From the NCBI RefSeq assembly GCF_037042905.1, contig NC_087246.1, positions 2,234,001-2,298,000 on the forward strand: a stretch of DNA of 64,000 nt, in the 5' to 3' direction. Under the pieces are notes generated by a model. It did not search any database. It was given only the letters and a program-made list of their open reading frames with translations, and had not been told where the DNA came from. This document shows positions 39,611 to 52,364 of the stretch, piece after piece. How positions within the stretch are numbered: position 1 is the stretch's first letter; each line of letters opens with the position of its first letter. Source of the stretch: Lytechinus pictus. Taxonomy: Eukaryota. Position numbers and translations under genes: made by a program.

Positions 39611-39759
39611 ACGGTCGTCAGATGGTCGTCAAGGTCAAGGCCCTATGTTTATATAGGGCCTTGACGGTCGTGTGCTGCTGCCATCTACGTTCGTGGATCC
39701 AAAATGCTCCGGGCAAAAAAAAAAAAAAAAAAAATGAAATTATTGAAGGACCCATTCAC

Positions 39760-42700
39760 TAAGCATGAAAATATATCTGATTTTGATCTGCTTGTGAAGC
39801 ACTTTATGAAACTAAATAACCCTGCTGGGGTAGATAATAGTAGGTAACATCCCTCATGTCAACGAAGATTCTCATCATGCACTTGGTAATGAGGATTTTA
39901 CAGAATTAGAAATTAAAAATTGTAGGCCCTATTTGCCAACTTAAACTTAATAAATCTGCAGGTATAGTAATTTGAATGAGTTTATTTTTATATATTTATG
40001 CAAAAGATAAAACAGGGAGCATACTGACAAATTTGTTAAAGAAATCTTACTATCTGGTTTTATTCCTGATGAATGGTCAATAGTATCATTTTCCCAATCT
40101 TTAAAAAGGGCCCACCCTTAAACCCCGGCAATAATATAGAGGGATATCTGTGCTTAGTTGGGTAAACTCTTTAGGCCTACTTTGTTTCTTAACGATAGAT
40201 TTTTTTTATTATTTGGAGGCCAGCGGCGTAACAGGGGTCGGTGGCAAGGGGGGGCAAGAGCCAAAAATTTTCCGGTCATATCATGGAACAGGCAATGGCG
40301 TCATAAGGCAAAAATTTTGGGGGGCGATATGGCGTATCGGGCAAATATATATATATATATATAAGCGAGCGAGCGAGCAAAATTTTTTGACATTTTTATT
40401 GCAAAAATCAAATTTTGTGATAGATTTTGACATAATGTTAAAAAGATGATATCATATTTCACCCTCCTCTCTTTCCTTTTTTTTTGTACAGGTGAACAGG
40501 ATTTTTGTTATGATTGTGAGCATCAGGGCGAAGCTCTATATGCTCGAGGGGGCCGAGTATGGCGCTTCTGGCAAGAAGTAGCTTAATATAGGTCCCGAGC
40601 GAGCGAAACGAGCGAGATAAAAAAAATCACATTTTCATGAGAATCTAACATGAAGATAGATTTTAACGTGATAAAAACTTTCCTTTCTTTCCTCATTTTT
40701 TTTTGTTTGGTTGTAGAACTTTTGGGGGCCATGGTCCAAACTCATCCATATAACAGTGCTTTATGGGTGGGGTCCAGGGCAGAGCCCCGGAGCCTCTTGA
40801 TATCAAAGCCATTTTAAACCTTACAGACGGCCACTTATTTTAATCAAATTGCGTGTATATTTATATAGCTTTAACACAACACTTAAATTCAATACAGTTG
40901 TGTATCGTAATCATCCAAATATTGTGAGGGGCACACCATAGCAAATGTGGGAAATTTTGTAAAAAGTCGCAAGCGAGCGAAGCGAGCCAGAAAAAAGATG
41001 GCCTGTTAAAATGAAATTCTAATTATGTGATAGATTTTTACATCATTATAGCAAATATCATTTTTTCATTCATCTCATTTCGCTGCCTCCTTTATTTTCT
41101 TTTATTTCCCCTTGGCTGTGGAACCACCCCCCGGTACGCCAATGCTTCAACGTAAAGCTTAATGCAGGAAGGGTCCATATAGGGGCCCGTTATAGAACCC
41201 ATTAAAGGTTACAGATGAAAAGCCCCCACTGCACGGGGTCTTGACTCTTGGACAGAGCCTTTGGAGATTTAGCAAGTTTATGATAGACTTTCATACGACA
41301 TTATGCTATATACCATCCATTTTTTTCCCGCTCTTTATCTCAATCCTCGGCAGCCCGGTAGTGTACGTTATCTTGTCCCTATTCTTTATTTTCCAATTTA
41401 GATTTTGGCTAATTCCATTCTGCCTTTATTTCCCGCTTTTGTTTGCCTTTTTGTCATCTTTAATTTATTTCCCTGTCTTACTAATCATGCTAATGTATTT
41501 GTATATCGGGGCGATTTGATCCTTCTCACTTGTTCTTTTTTCCTTCCTTTTCCCGTTATCTTTCCGTTTTCCCTTTTTTATGTTTTTTCTTAGTTTTCTT
41601 TTCCCTTTTCCTTTCCCCTTTTTTCTTTCCTTTCCCTTTCCCTTCCCTCCCCCTTTTTTTCTTTTTCCCTTTTTTTTTTAAATTTTCCCGGTGAGCTCCG
41701 CCAGGGGGGGGCAGCTTGCCCCCCCCCTGCCCCCCCCCCCCGCCTGTTACGCCACTGTTGGAGGCGTCTGGCTCAATTGGAAGTGAACAAGTTGGATTTA
41801 GACACAATTATCCTACATTAGATCATATATTCAGCCTAAAATCAGTTGTTGGCATTTATTTGAGTAAAAAGAAAAAGCTTTAATGCACTTTCATTGACTA
41901 TCGGAAGGCATTATTTTGACTCAATAAATAGAGTCAAATTTTGGAATCAACTAATAAATGGAATTAATGGTAAAGTCCTTAATATCATTATCAACATGTA
42001 TAAGAAGGCTAAATCTTGTGTTTAAGTCTAATTCGGGTCAATTATCACAAATATTTCCTTCACTGATTGGCGTAAGACGAGGTGACAACTTATCACCCCT
42101 CTTTTTTGCAATTTATTTGAATGACCTTGAAAGGATTCTTCTGAAATCTTGTAAAGGACTTGCTAGTGTGATCAATCTAACATAGGCCCATAATGATCTA
42201 CTTCAAACTTCGGATATAGTTGTTAATCTGAATCTTTAATTGTATGCTTACGTTACCATAATCTTTGCATCAGTCAAAAGAAGACATGCAAAAATCCTTA
42301 TACTTTTATTGTAATGAAGAAAGAGATCTAAATATCAACATTTCAAAGACCCAAACTGTAATCTTTTAAAGAGGCAAAACGAAGAAAATCCCATCTTTTT
42401 ATAGGAAAGTCGCTTTGATGTCGTATAGCTACTAGCTTTGCTAAAGCTCAGAAGAAATTGTACGACAAATCCAGCAAAGCTATGTATTACTTGATAGCCA
42501 ACTTTATGTAGGAGACTTGCTCTCCCGATCGATGTTCAACTCAGCTTTTTTAATATTCTAGTACTATTCTTACTTACGGTTTCGAGATTTTGGGCTTCTC
42601 TCAATATGAAATTCTGGAAGATAGATCTGAGCGTAAATTATCAACCCCCACTTGCATGGTCCTTGGTGAACTTGGGCGCTTTCCCATTAAAAAATCACGT

Positions 42701-43150
42701 TTAATGCAGAATGGTGAATTTCTGGGCTAAACTGATACAACAAAGTGAGAATAATACTACTTTTACCTTGTATAGTCTCATTTTCCGGATGGAAAGCACA
42801 CAAGGCTACCGATCAGACTGGTTGAACTGTGTTAGAGGAATTATTATAGATTATGGTTTTAATTGATCATCTCACTCATGTGACACTTTTTGGCTGAAAG
42901 CTAATGTTAAGAAAAGATTAGATGACATATTCATTCAAATTTGGTATTCTTCTATAATACATCCAGTCCTTGTGTCAATTATAGAATCTTTAAAAAGGTC
43001 ATTCGCGAAAATTATTTTTTAATCCTAGCTGCCAAGGAAAGAATGCCATTAATTTGACCAGATTTAGACATGTAGGTCACAGTCATAGGCCTACTCATCT
43101 TAGTAGTACGATGATATAATAACACATGCTATATGAAGCCTATGATGAAA
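39760..43150 (+). pseudogene. Decayed non-LTR retrotransposon (LINE) ORF2 reverse transcriptase, interrupted by a DNA transposon
   Basis: Frameshifted RT motifs in the expected order: LKLNKSAG, IFPIFKKG, YRGISVLS, EQVGFRHNY-TLDHIF, FIDYRKA, GVRRGDNLSPLFFAIYLNDLE, MVLGELGRFP, ERYCTLC; many stops. Confidence 0.88.
40221..41757. mobile_element. Non-autonomous hAT-like element inserted in the LINE
   Basis: 15-bp TIRs CAGCGGCGTAACAGG / CCTGTTACGCCACTG; perfect 8-bp TSD TTGGAGGC (40213-40220, 41758-41765). Confidence 0.92.
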
Positions 43151-43606
43151 GATATTGCACACTGTGTAAAAGTGACAGCCCCAGGATTTTTTTTTTTTCG
43201 GGGGGGGGGGGGGGGGTGGGAGGAGGAAGGCAGTCGGACGCAAAATTGGACGGGGGTACTGAGGCTCGGGGCTTGAAATCCTTTCACATTTCTAGGGGTC
43301 ATTTGACGCGTACCACGTCTAAGGATTTTTCCAAAAATACAGACCCATGCCTAAAAATTTCTTTCAAATATAGACCCATTTTTCCAGATTAAGTCTGCTT
43401 TTCTTTTTAGCAATGAGACCATCACATTACCCGGCTGCATGCATGCACTAGTATAGTATGTATGTACGGTTCTGTATACGGTCGGCCGAGTGTGCCAGAT
43501 ATGCATAGAGTAACGTACCACGGTGCCCATTGCTATCGTACTAAGATGTGGAAATATTACGGGTAGAAATTTACACATCCCGGGGTCTCGTACTCTCGAC
43601 CGGGAC

Positions 43607-43650
43607 CATAGAGATATATACTAATAACGTAATTAGTATACATCTCTATG
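43607..43650. mobile_element. 44-bp palindromic micro-insertion with 8-bp TSD (same family as 39190-39228)
   Basis: CATAGAGATATATACTAAT-aacgta-ATTAGTATACATCTCTATG flanked by ACCGGGAC (43599-43606, 43651-43658). Confidence 0.88.
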
Positions 43651-43914
43651 ACCGGGACCAACATAGACTTTTCCGGGGGCTTTTCCTTTAAAAAACGGAC
43701 CCATGTCTAAGGATTATTCAGTTGAAAAATAGGACCCATGGCTAAGAATTTCTTATTAGAAGTTTATGACTTGACTTCTACGTTACAATCTGAATTAGGT
43801 ACGTAATGTCTTTAAACTAACATACCAGTAAGCCATGATTAACAATATGATAATGTTGTTATTACCATGGCTTTAGCTGGTTTGCCATTTTGGTCCTACC
43901 GGGCATATTTTTAC

Positions 43915-45782
43915 AATAGGCGGATCCAGGGGGGCGAGGGGCCCCCCCCCCCCATTGGCGGAGCAAAAAAAGAAAGAAAAAAGGTGTGAAGAAAGAAAAA
44001 GAAGAGAAAAGAGAGGAGAAAAAAGAAGGGGAAACATAAGAGGAGGAAGACGAGTGAATAAAATAAGATGAGGAGAAGACTCTTGGAAAATAATTTTACA
44101 AATCTTTCATGTCACTATATATAGTATAAAATTTTTGCTCGCGCTTGCATTGCCTTTTAGGTGATTTATGTATCTTGCTCAATATGGAGCTTAAATATCA
44201 AATTTTGAAGTCAATATACATATTTCAGGTCGGAAATCGAAATTCCTTATTTTGTTTGATTTACAAATTGATTTTTTAAAAGTGCTCTGTAAAAGTTTGT
44301 ATTATCTTCTGAATAGTAACATTTTCTGCTCGCGCTGTGCGCTCGCAAAATTTGATTTGTCAGGTACCTATTATTTTCCTGTATTCCATAAAGTTCTCAA
44401 ATATCCCGATTCAGGTCAAACTGTTAAAACGTAACAGCTAGCGCTGAACGCTTCCATTATGATTGGTGATTTGATATGTATATCTCAATATTAATTCTAT
44501 AACTACTTAAAATCCCCATTTAATGACAGTTTATAAAAAAATTCTGCTCGCGATTGCGCTCGCATTGATTGTTGAAAATATATTAACTTATGCTTCTTAT
44601 TCAATATTACAATAGTGCTTTAAATGTCCAGTTTTCAGGCCATAATAAATTGACAGATTTCGCTGTCATGAGGCTTATTAGATTAATAAATAAGATATCA
44701 ATTTAATAATGAAATTGTCAATTTTTCAGAATGGAATATCGACAAGTTGTATCTCCCGCTTAGGAAGAGAAATAAGAAGATAGTCATTATTTTCATATGA
44801 CTACATAATGTTCTTAGAATGTCATTATGAGCCTATATATCCAGTTTCAGATCAGAATATCAAAAATTTTCTTTTCACGCTTTGCGCTCGCATTATTAAT
44901 GTAGGAAGATACCAAATTATACCCAATTTTTTTTTCATCATTTACAAATTATGAAGAGAGTGTCCCGTTTTTAGGTTTGAAATCTCAATTATTTCCGCTC
45001 ACATCAACTGTTTGGTTATATACTTATATCGTTCATGATTACAAAAAGTGCATAGAACGTTAATTTTTTTTAGGCCAGAACGTAAAAAAAAATACAGCTC
45101 GCGCTTCGCATTATTTAATCATTGAAATATGCATTGTCTATGGCTAACTGCAAAAAGTTCTTAACAGGTCCCTTTTCGACAAGGCCAGAACGCATTATAA
45201 AAATGTCTGCTCCCGCTTCGCAGTAATTATCTAGTTACATACGCATCTTGTTCAGGTTCACAAACAGTGCCCAGAAAATGTTCAATTTTTCAGGACAAAA
45301 TACATGAAGTTTCAAAATTGTTTAGCACGCACTTCGCGCTCACAGTATTTAAATAGGGCTTGTGAAATTATTACACATTTATGTTGTTTATAAGTATAAA
45401 GTTAAGAAATTTCTGTTAGGACATGGGCTTTTGCCCCCCCCCCCCAAAAAAAAAAAACAGATCAAGAAAAAAAAAAAGAGAAAAGGAAAGGGATAAGGGT
45501 AAAATATAATATTATATTCCAAATTTTATCTCAATATCTATTACAAACTTTGATTTTTGTAATAAAAATTTCAATTTTTTTTGCTTGCTCGCTCGTAACT
45601 TCTTATTAATTTTACGGGATACGTCATATCGAGCTCCCTCAATTTTTTTGGCTCATTACGCCACTGGGACAACCCCTTCAAAGAAACAAAAATAAACTTC
45701 GAGCTCCCGATCGGGGAAAATAGGGGTGAAATTTTTGTGGCCCCCCCCCCCTCCCTATTGGCAGAGGCTGGATCCATCCCTG
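43915..45782. mobile_element. Degenerate hAT-like non-autonomous element (CAGGGGCGGATCC family)
   Basis: Ends ..AGGCGGATCCAG / CTGGATCCATCCCTG, imperfect TTTTAC flanks, many internal GCTCGCGCT(T)CGCGCTCGC motifs. Confidence 0.6.
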
Positions 45783-47995
45783 CTTTTACTACTAACAATT
45801 TACAATGAAATCCAAATCCACTACAAATCTTGCTAAATTTTGAGCTACTTCACTTATCTAAGCTCCATATCAAAATAGAAGATTTCAGCCATTACAGGAA
45901 TTAATGTAAATCAGGAATGAGGATAAATCAATTTGGATATAAAAATACAGGTGATTGATAGGCGTGAGGTTAGTAATTTGCCTCTTGGTCTACTCCCTCT
46001 TTGTCCAGTTTGTTTGGTCTCATCTCATATGGTCTAATACTTCTTCGTCTACAACCCTTTTGCGTAACCACCATTTGATCAAACTGCCACTTAGCCCATT
46101 TTGTCTTAGTTCCAGTTGAGTTATACACATTTTGTCTAATATTCACTTGGTCTTACACCACTGAGTCTAAATGATTAGGTGAACTGTTTATGAATCAAAT
46201 TTTATTTGACAAAGTACCCCAAAAATAAATATATGGATTGGAGATTAGAATATCTGGGAATTAGACAAAATTAGTTAGTACCAAAATAAAATGAATATTA
46301 GTAAAGTTAACATACAGTATCATTGATAGTACAAAGCACAATGTGATTTTATCAATGACAGTCATACACCTAAATACCATTTCATTGTGAGCATTCTATA
46401 GTTGTTTATAACTCTCTTTCAAGAGACTCTCATGATTTTTTTTACAGTAACTTTTAATAGAAATTAGTTAATCAGAAAACACCCCAAAATAAGTGCTGAA
46501 TCAAATTGAATTTTAGCACGTGAATTTCATTTAATCCATCATTATACAACAAGATACTTAGAATGGAGAAAATAATAGATTTTATCTTCTTAAACAAATA
46601 GGAGTATTACATGAATCAAACTCAAATTTTACTCTGAGATTAATAATACAGTGGTGATTAATCTTAAAGCTAAGATTGATATTAACCAATCACACTTTTT
46701 ATATGACACAGTACATTTTATTCTCTAGATTTATACATTGTGTTAAATTATTTTTAAAAAGAAAAAAAAATACATTCAAAACCTTAATTGATCATTTTCC
46801 ATTCACAATTGTAGACAAGACGGCATTATTTTCCATTATACAAGATGGAGATGTATGAAAGCAAAAGGTTACACATTTTGTAAAAAAAAAAATACCCAGA
46901 GTAAAATAATGAATAAATAGCAAAGACGAAATTGTCCTAACGTTTGGCAATGTTTAGCATTCTATTCTCATAATACAATTAGTAAACTAATTGCCTAAAA
47001 CCAATTTACAATTCTGAATTTTCAATGAACAGCCTAGAAATCATAAGATTTGGGATTGACAAGACCGAAAGTCTATGCTGCATCTTTTAACAGGAGTCCA
47101 ACTCAAAGAGTCTTTTCCCATCAGCAGTCCTGCATTCTCCAATATGCTTGTTCATTTTGAAATGGAATTGGTAGCAAAACCTGCTGATCTGGATTCCCGC
47201 TATGACACCCCCACCACCCCCCCCCCCTCCCCAAACAGAAATCTAAATAAAAGACCTATTGGTTCCAACAACTTTATAAATATGTGACAAAATGTGGTAG
47301 CTTGTGCCTTGGAATGTTTCTTTCAAATGAATGTGGCTGTACAATTGCTGCCCATCATCATCATCATTATTCTAGATTATTTGGTTCCTTAAGCTATAGG
47401 AATCTTTCGGTAGATTCAATGTTAATGGTATTTGCCTATCATTCTAAGATAAATAATTATAGGGATTGTTAAAAATCACTTTTCATTTACCTTTTCTTCA
47501 GAAAAACTTTATTGAGAAAAATATCCCATGTCATTATATTTTCCTTTCATTTGTCTTAATGAAGACGCTTCTACTGTTTATCCCAGGAGACTTGGTCATT
47601 GCACATAACAGAACTCTATACAAAGATTGTATTCTGATATTTTTCCTTAAGGAACATTTCGATTTTTTCAGGCTACAGAGAACTGAAGTGATGTCACAAA
47701 AATATTTATTTGTACTACAGAATTTATTTTAACCATACCTCAGCACGATGAAAAACACCAATAATCCCAAGTTGGTGGGAATTGGTCCTTTGGGCCCAAG
47801 ATATGACCACATGAATAATAAACTATTATAATTAGCCCCATCAAAGTCAATGTAATAATGGTCTGGTTCGTAACATTTAGAACCAAGCTGGTACAATGGG
47901 CATATCAATGATTTGGCCAAACCTTGGCCACCTATCACCAAAACCTGATTTCAACCAAAGTTAGTTTGTGAAGGTAATTCATCATATTCTTTGAA

Positions 47996-49189
47996 AGGTC
48001 AAGTCCACCCCAGAAAAATGTTGGTTTGAATAAATAGAGAAAAATCAAACAAGTATAATGATGAAAATTTTATCAAATCGGATGTAAAATAAGAAAGTTA
48101 TTAAATTTTCGCTTATTTTTCACAAAACAGTTACATGTATATGCACAACTCATTGACATGCAAATGAGAGAGGCAATGATGTTTATCACTTACTATTTCT
48201 TTTGTTTTTTATTGTTTAAAATATACAATACATGTATTTCATTTTTTAGTAATTTGACATTAAGGACCAATTTAACTGAACCATGAAATTTTAACAACAA
48301 TGGTAACAATAATAATGTCACATGTTCAGGGAGGAATAAAACTTTGTTTCACTGGACAATGAGGACAAAATTTGAATATTTCATATAATAAAATACAAAA
48401 GAAATAGTGAGTGAGTGATGTCATCAGTCCCCAATTTGCATGCCGACCAGGATGTGCATATAACTTTTTTGTGAAATTAAAGGGATAGTCCAGGCTGGAG
48501 ATATTTATATCTCAATAGTGTAAAATTCACAAAGCAAAATGCTGAAAATTTGATCAAATTCGGATAACAAATAACAAAGTTATTGAATTTTCAAGATTTT
48601 CATTATTTCGGTGAAACAGTTCTAGGCATGTCTTTATGAATATTCATTAGGTGGGCTGATATCATATCCCCACTTGTTCTTTTGTATTTTATTATATGAT
48701 ATTAGGTTTATTCAAAAATTTTCTACCAAGAACTAAAACAATAGGATTGACAATGAGTGCATTGATTATTTACTGCCGCAACTTATTTCATCATAATGGA
48801 GACGCATCATCTACACATGCATGAAAAAATGAAACATTTATGATTTCATGTAGAAAACGGAAAGTGGGGATGTGACATCATCAGCCCACCTAATGAATAT
48901 TCACGACGATGTGCATATAACTGTTTTCTCAAAATATTGATAAACTTTGAAATTCAATAACTTGTTATCTGATTTTGATGAAATTTTCAGCATTTTGCTC
49001 TGTGAATTTTACTCTATTTATTTAGATATAAATATTTTCAGCCCGGACCATCCCTTTAAGCGAAACTTAAAAAATGTCATAACTTTCTTATTTTACATCC
49101 GATTTTGATGAAATTTTCGGTGTTATGCTTGTTCGTTGGATTTTTCTCTATTTATTCAAATAAACTATTTGTTGGGGTGGACTTGTCCT
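47996..49189. mobile_element. TTAA-target MITE (Kolobok-like), host of a nested element
   Basis: Long imperfect TIRs AGGTCAAGTCCACCCC / GGGGTGGACTTGTCCT, flanks TGAA/TTAA; uninterrupted sister copy at 59489-60096. Confidence 0.85.
48481..49055. mobile_element. Nested TTAA-target MITE
   Basis: TTAA-AGGGATAGTCCAGGCTG ... CAGCCCGGACCATCCCT-TTAA; the sister host copy shows the empty site GTGAAATTAAGCGAAAC. Confidence 0.9.
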
Positions 49190-50202
49190 TTAAATATGGT
49201 ATCAAAAACACTGAGATGTGAAAAAGGAAAAGTGATGACGCACACTTGCTACTCATATCGATTCTCTGTTTTAACACTTGCTTGTAATTTTTGTTTTGTT
49301 TTATTCATTGTTTGGGGAAGGGAGAAAATAAACTGCCTTCATCTGCTTCCCATAGCATATGCACAGTGGCTAACATGTTGTTTAAAAGGATAGTCTACTT
49401 AATTTTGCCTAATATTGTACCATTAATGCTTCATCTTTGAATAATGCTTCCATTGTCTATTTGAAGAAGGATAAATGAATGAATCAACTTCCTTTTCTTT
49501 TGATGCTTTTCTTCCATCATCAACAAATGATGCAATATGTATAGGGAAGCAGCTTGCATTAGAATTACCTGACAGAGTACTTCAATGATTCTCACTCTGA
49601 ACATTTTTTCACTTGTCACATTTTTCTTTCATTAATAATCTTCATCTTTTTCTGTTTTTTTTTTTTTAAATCAAAACCAGCATGATTTAAAATGATTTAA
49701 GAGTGGACTTCCCATTCAAGGTATGATTCATTCAAATGATCTATTAAAATTTAAAGAATTTAAGTGCTTTTCCCCCTTTTGTGTTGTCAGTATCAATTTG
49801 ACACACCTCTTTTGTTTAAAGCTAATGGCTAATTTGTCCCCTCTTTCACAGTACATTGTATTAATACAGTAATGACCCTATTCTACACAAAAATTGAATA
49901 ATACAAATTTGATGCTGGAAATGTCAAATTCAAGCATCATAAAATTTTCAGTTTTACATAAGATAAAATAGTATAGCATTTATCTATCCCAATCATTCTT
50001 TCTTTCCATGTCCGTCCTAGATCCAAGCTAGTAGTCTATCTTTTGACAGTCACCCTAAGACACAATGTTTTGGTGTGCTATAAAATCATCATGCCTTTAA
50101 AGTCACTCATCATACACATAAAATTGCTACAGCTGAAAATATTTTACTTTGAAGGCTGTAACTTTTCTGAATGTTCACAGATATTTCTTCATAGGTCAGA
50201 GG

Positions 50203-50358
50203 TCATCTTGACTTAAGGATAATATAGATGATAAAGAAGACAAAGGCAGCGAACAGAAACAGGTATAGATAGTGGCAATGGAGACCTCCTTTGGAGAGGC
50301 GTGATAAGCGACCCATCGTAGCACCAAGAAAACCACCTGTGGAATCAAATTGTTGGTC
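50203..50358 (-). CDS. BET1: BET1 homolog, last coding exon (end of SNARE motif + C-terminal transmembrane anchor)
   Basis: Acceptor CTCTTTCCATAG then DQQFDSTGGFLGATMGRLSRLSKGGLHCHYLYLFLFAAFVFFIIYIILKSR*; matches the remembered BET1 C-terminus (FDSTTGFLGKTMG..FVFFIIYWIIKLR). Confidence 0.95.
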   Translation of the reverse strand, partial: DQQFDSTGGFLGATMGRLSRLSKGGLHCHYLYLFLFAAFVFFIIYIILKSR

Positions 50359-50631
50359 CTATGGAAAGAGTGAATGAAGAAAAAAGTGATGGGTACACAA
50401 TGTTAACTATGGTAACATAGGAAACTGTTTTAAGCAATCATAGAGGGAAAAATATCAGGTAAGCACATAAAATCAACCACTCCATGACTACCCTAACCCA
50501 GTTGGGATATGATATCTGATGACAGCATCAAACAAATTTGACATGGTCTAGCCCAGGATGAGGAATTGATAAGTATGTCAAAGGATACAGCAGCATTTGA
50601 ATTTAGAGCAGATGAATAAATCCCAACTTTT

Positions 50632-50880
50632 AATAATGAATAATAATTTTAAAAAACCCATTTGTATGGCTCCTAATACAAATGTTTCTACGTGATATCA
50701 CCACATGTACCCCAGCTTTGGCAGCATTTTGAGGAACAAATTCATACCAGGTACCCATTTACTTCACCTGGTTAAAGTGTGGCAAATTTAGACCAAAGGA
50801 CATTAGTCCTGAAGTGGGAATCAAACCCAGAACCTTGTGATCTACAGTATGGCGACATAACCACTAGACCACGATACCTC
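50632..50880 (-). mobile_element. tRNA-derived SINE in a BET1 intron
   Basis: Minus strand GTGGTCTAGTGGTT (A box), GGGTTTGATTCCC (B box), central CCAGGTGAAGTAAATGGGTACC (Deu/Nin-type core), ATT-rich tail. Confidence 0.7.
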
Positions 50881-51206
50881 TACGAATAAATTCTTTATCA
50901 AATATTGACCTGTCCAATCTCAGCTCTCTATCTCAAAAAAAATGCAAGAGTAAGCCATGCCAAAGGAATCACAATATTTATTTCAGTATAATGAGAGCTA
51001 TATTTTTCATTCTCCTGACATTTCACTTATTTACATTTTTTCATCTCAGCAAATATACATACAAGAAAGAGAAAGTGACAACTACATCTACAGTGTAAAG
51101 TCCAGTATAAAACAAGAAATTAAAAGTCATTGCTCTTGTGTAATTTTTCATTTTCACAATCAGCAAAATTATACTGCAGTCCTAAAAAATAGAATCAGTT
51201 ACTCAC

Positions 51207-51263
51207 CATGCCACTTATGAGCTTATTTTGCTCATTGACTTCATGGCCCATGTCTATACTGAG
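51207..51263 (-). CDS. BET1: BET1 homolog, coding exon 3
   Basis: CTTACAG | LSIDMGHEVNEQNKLISGM | GTGAGT; 57 nt, phase 0/0. Confidence 0.95.
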
Positions 51264-52254
51264 CTGTAAGATGAGATAAATTGAAAAAAAAACTGATGAA
51301 GTTTATAAGGTATAAGGTTCATAAGGTAGTGTTTATTGTCCAAATAAATAAATAAATGAAAATTTGCATTTTTACATGGTATTGAACATACACAACATTA
51401 GCATGGAAAATGAACATATTTACAGAAAATCACATATAGATAACTATGATATATACAAAACACGTGCATAGCAAACAATTAGTGTTATTGACATTAAAAT
51501 TAGGATTGTAATGGAAATTGGAACTGAAAGTAAGATATCGGATATTGAAATGAAGTTGAAATTAGAATTAAAATTAAAATCAGTACTATAAAACTTCACA
51601 GCATTGTCCACTTGTAATTGTTATCAGTATTTACATATTGTTATTTCTATTTTCAATATTGTTGTTTTAGGGGATTAACATCATATTTAGTCATATAATT
51701 ATCTTACATTTCTCATTCAAGGACTTTATATTGACTATTCGAGCCGTTCATTAAAAAAAAAACTTGTACTTTATTGTTCAGTGTATATACCACTACCCCC
51801 ATGACTACTGTTTACCTGCTTTGAACATTGAAGGTATTGACATTTTTATTAATTATTCTTGACTTGAAGGTGCTGTTGAGTTATAATGAACTTAATGTAC
51901 ACATGCATTAGTAGACAGCTGAGCTGAGCTACATCAGTAGAGAACATAACATATAAGGAATTCAATTCGATATGAATGTTGCAAATCCTAATCATTGATT
52001 AAGTATCAGTCTTTATTAGTATTAGTTATTGTTCCAGTATCATTGTACTGGACTTGACAACTAATACACTACACTAAGACTGACTGAAAAGTATGAATAA
52101 TGTTAGATTCAATATTACACACATTGTACTATTTTCATCATAACTGTATGAAGAGCAATGTACTGTATAAGGATAACTTGTAGGAAATGAAACCAAAAAT
52201 TTCTAATACCCAGTAAAGAAATAATCTGCAAACATACTGTATGTATGTACTTAC

Positions 52255-52364
52255 TGCTTTTAAGATGCTGACTTTTGAGCGCAGATCTTCAGTCAGATGC
52301 TGATTCTCTTCCTCAATAGCATTGTAATCCCCATAGCTTTGACTAGAGGCATTGTTTGCTCCAC
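52255..52364 (-). CDS. BET1: BET1 homolog, coding exon 2
   Basis: TGTTAG | (G)GANNASSQSYGDYNAIEEENQHLTEDLRSKVSILKA | GTAAGT; 110 nt, phase 1/0. Confidence 0.95.
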
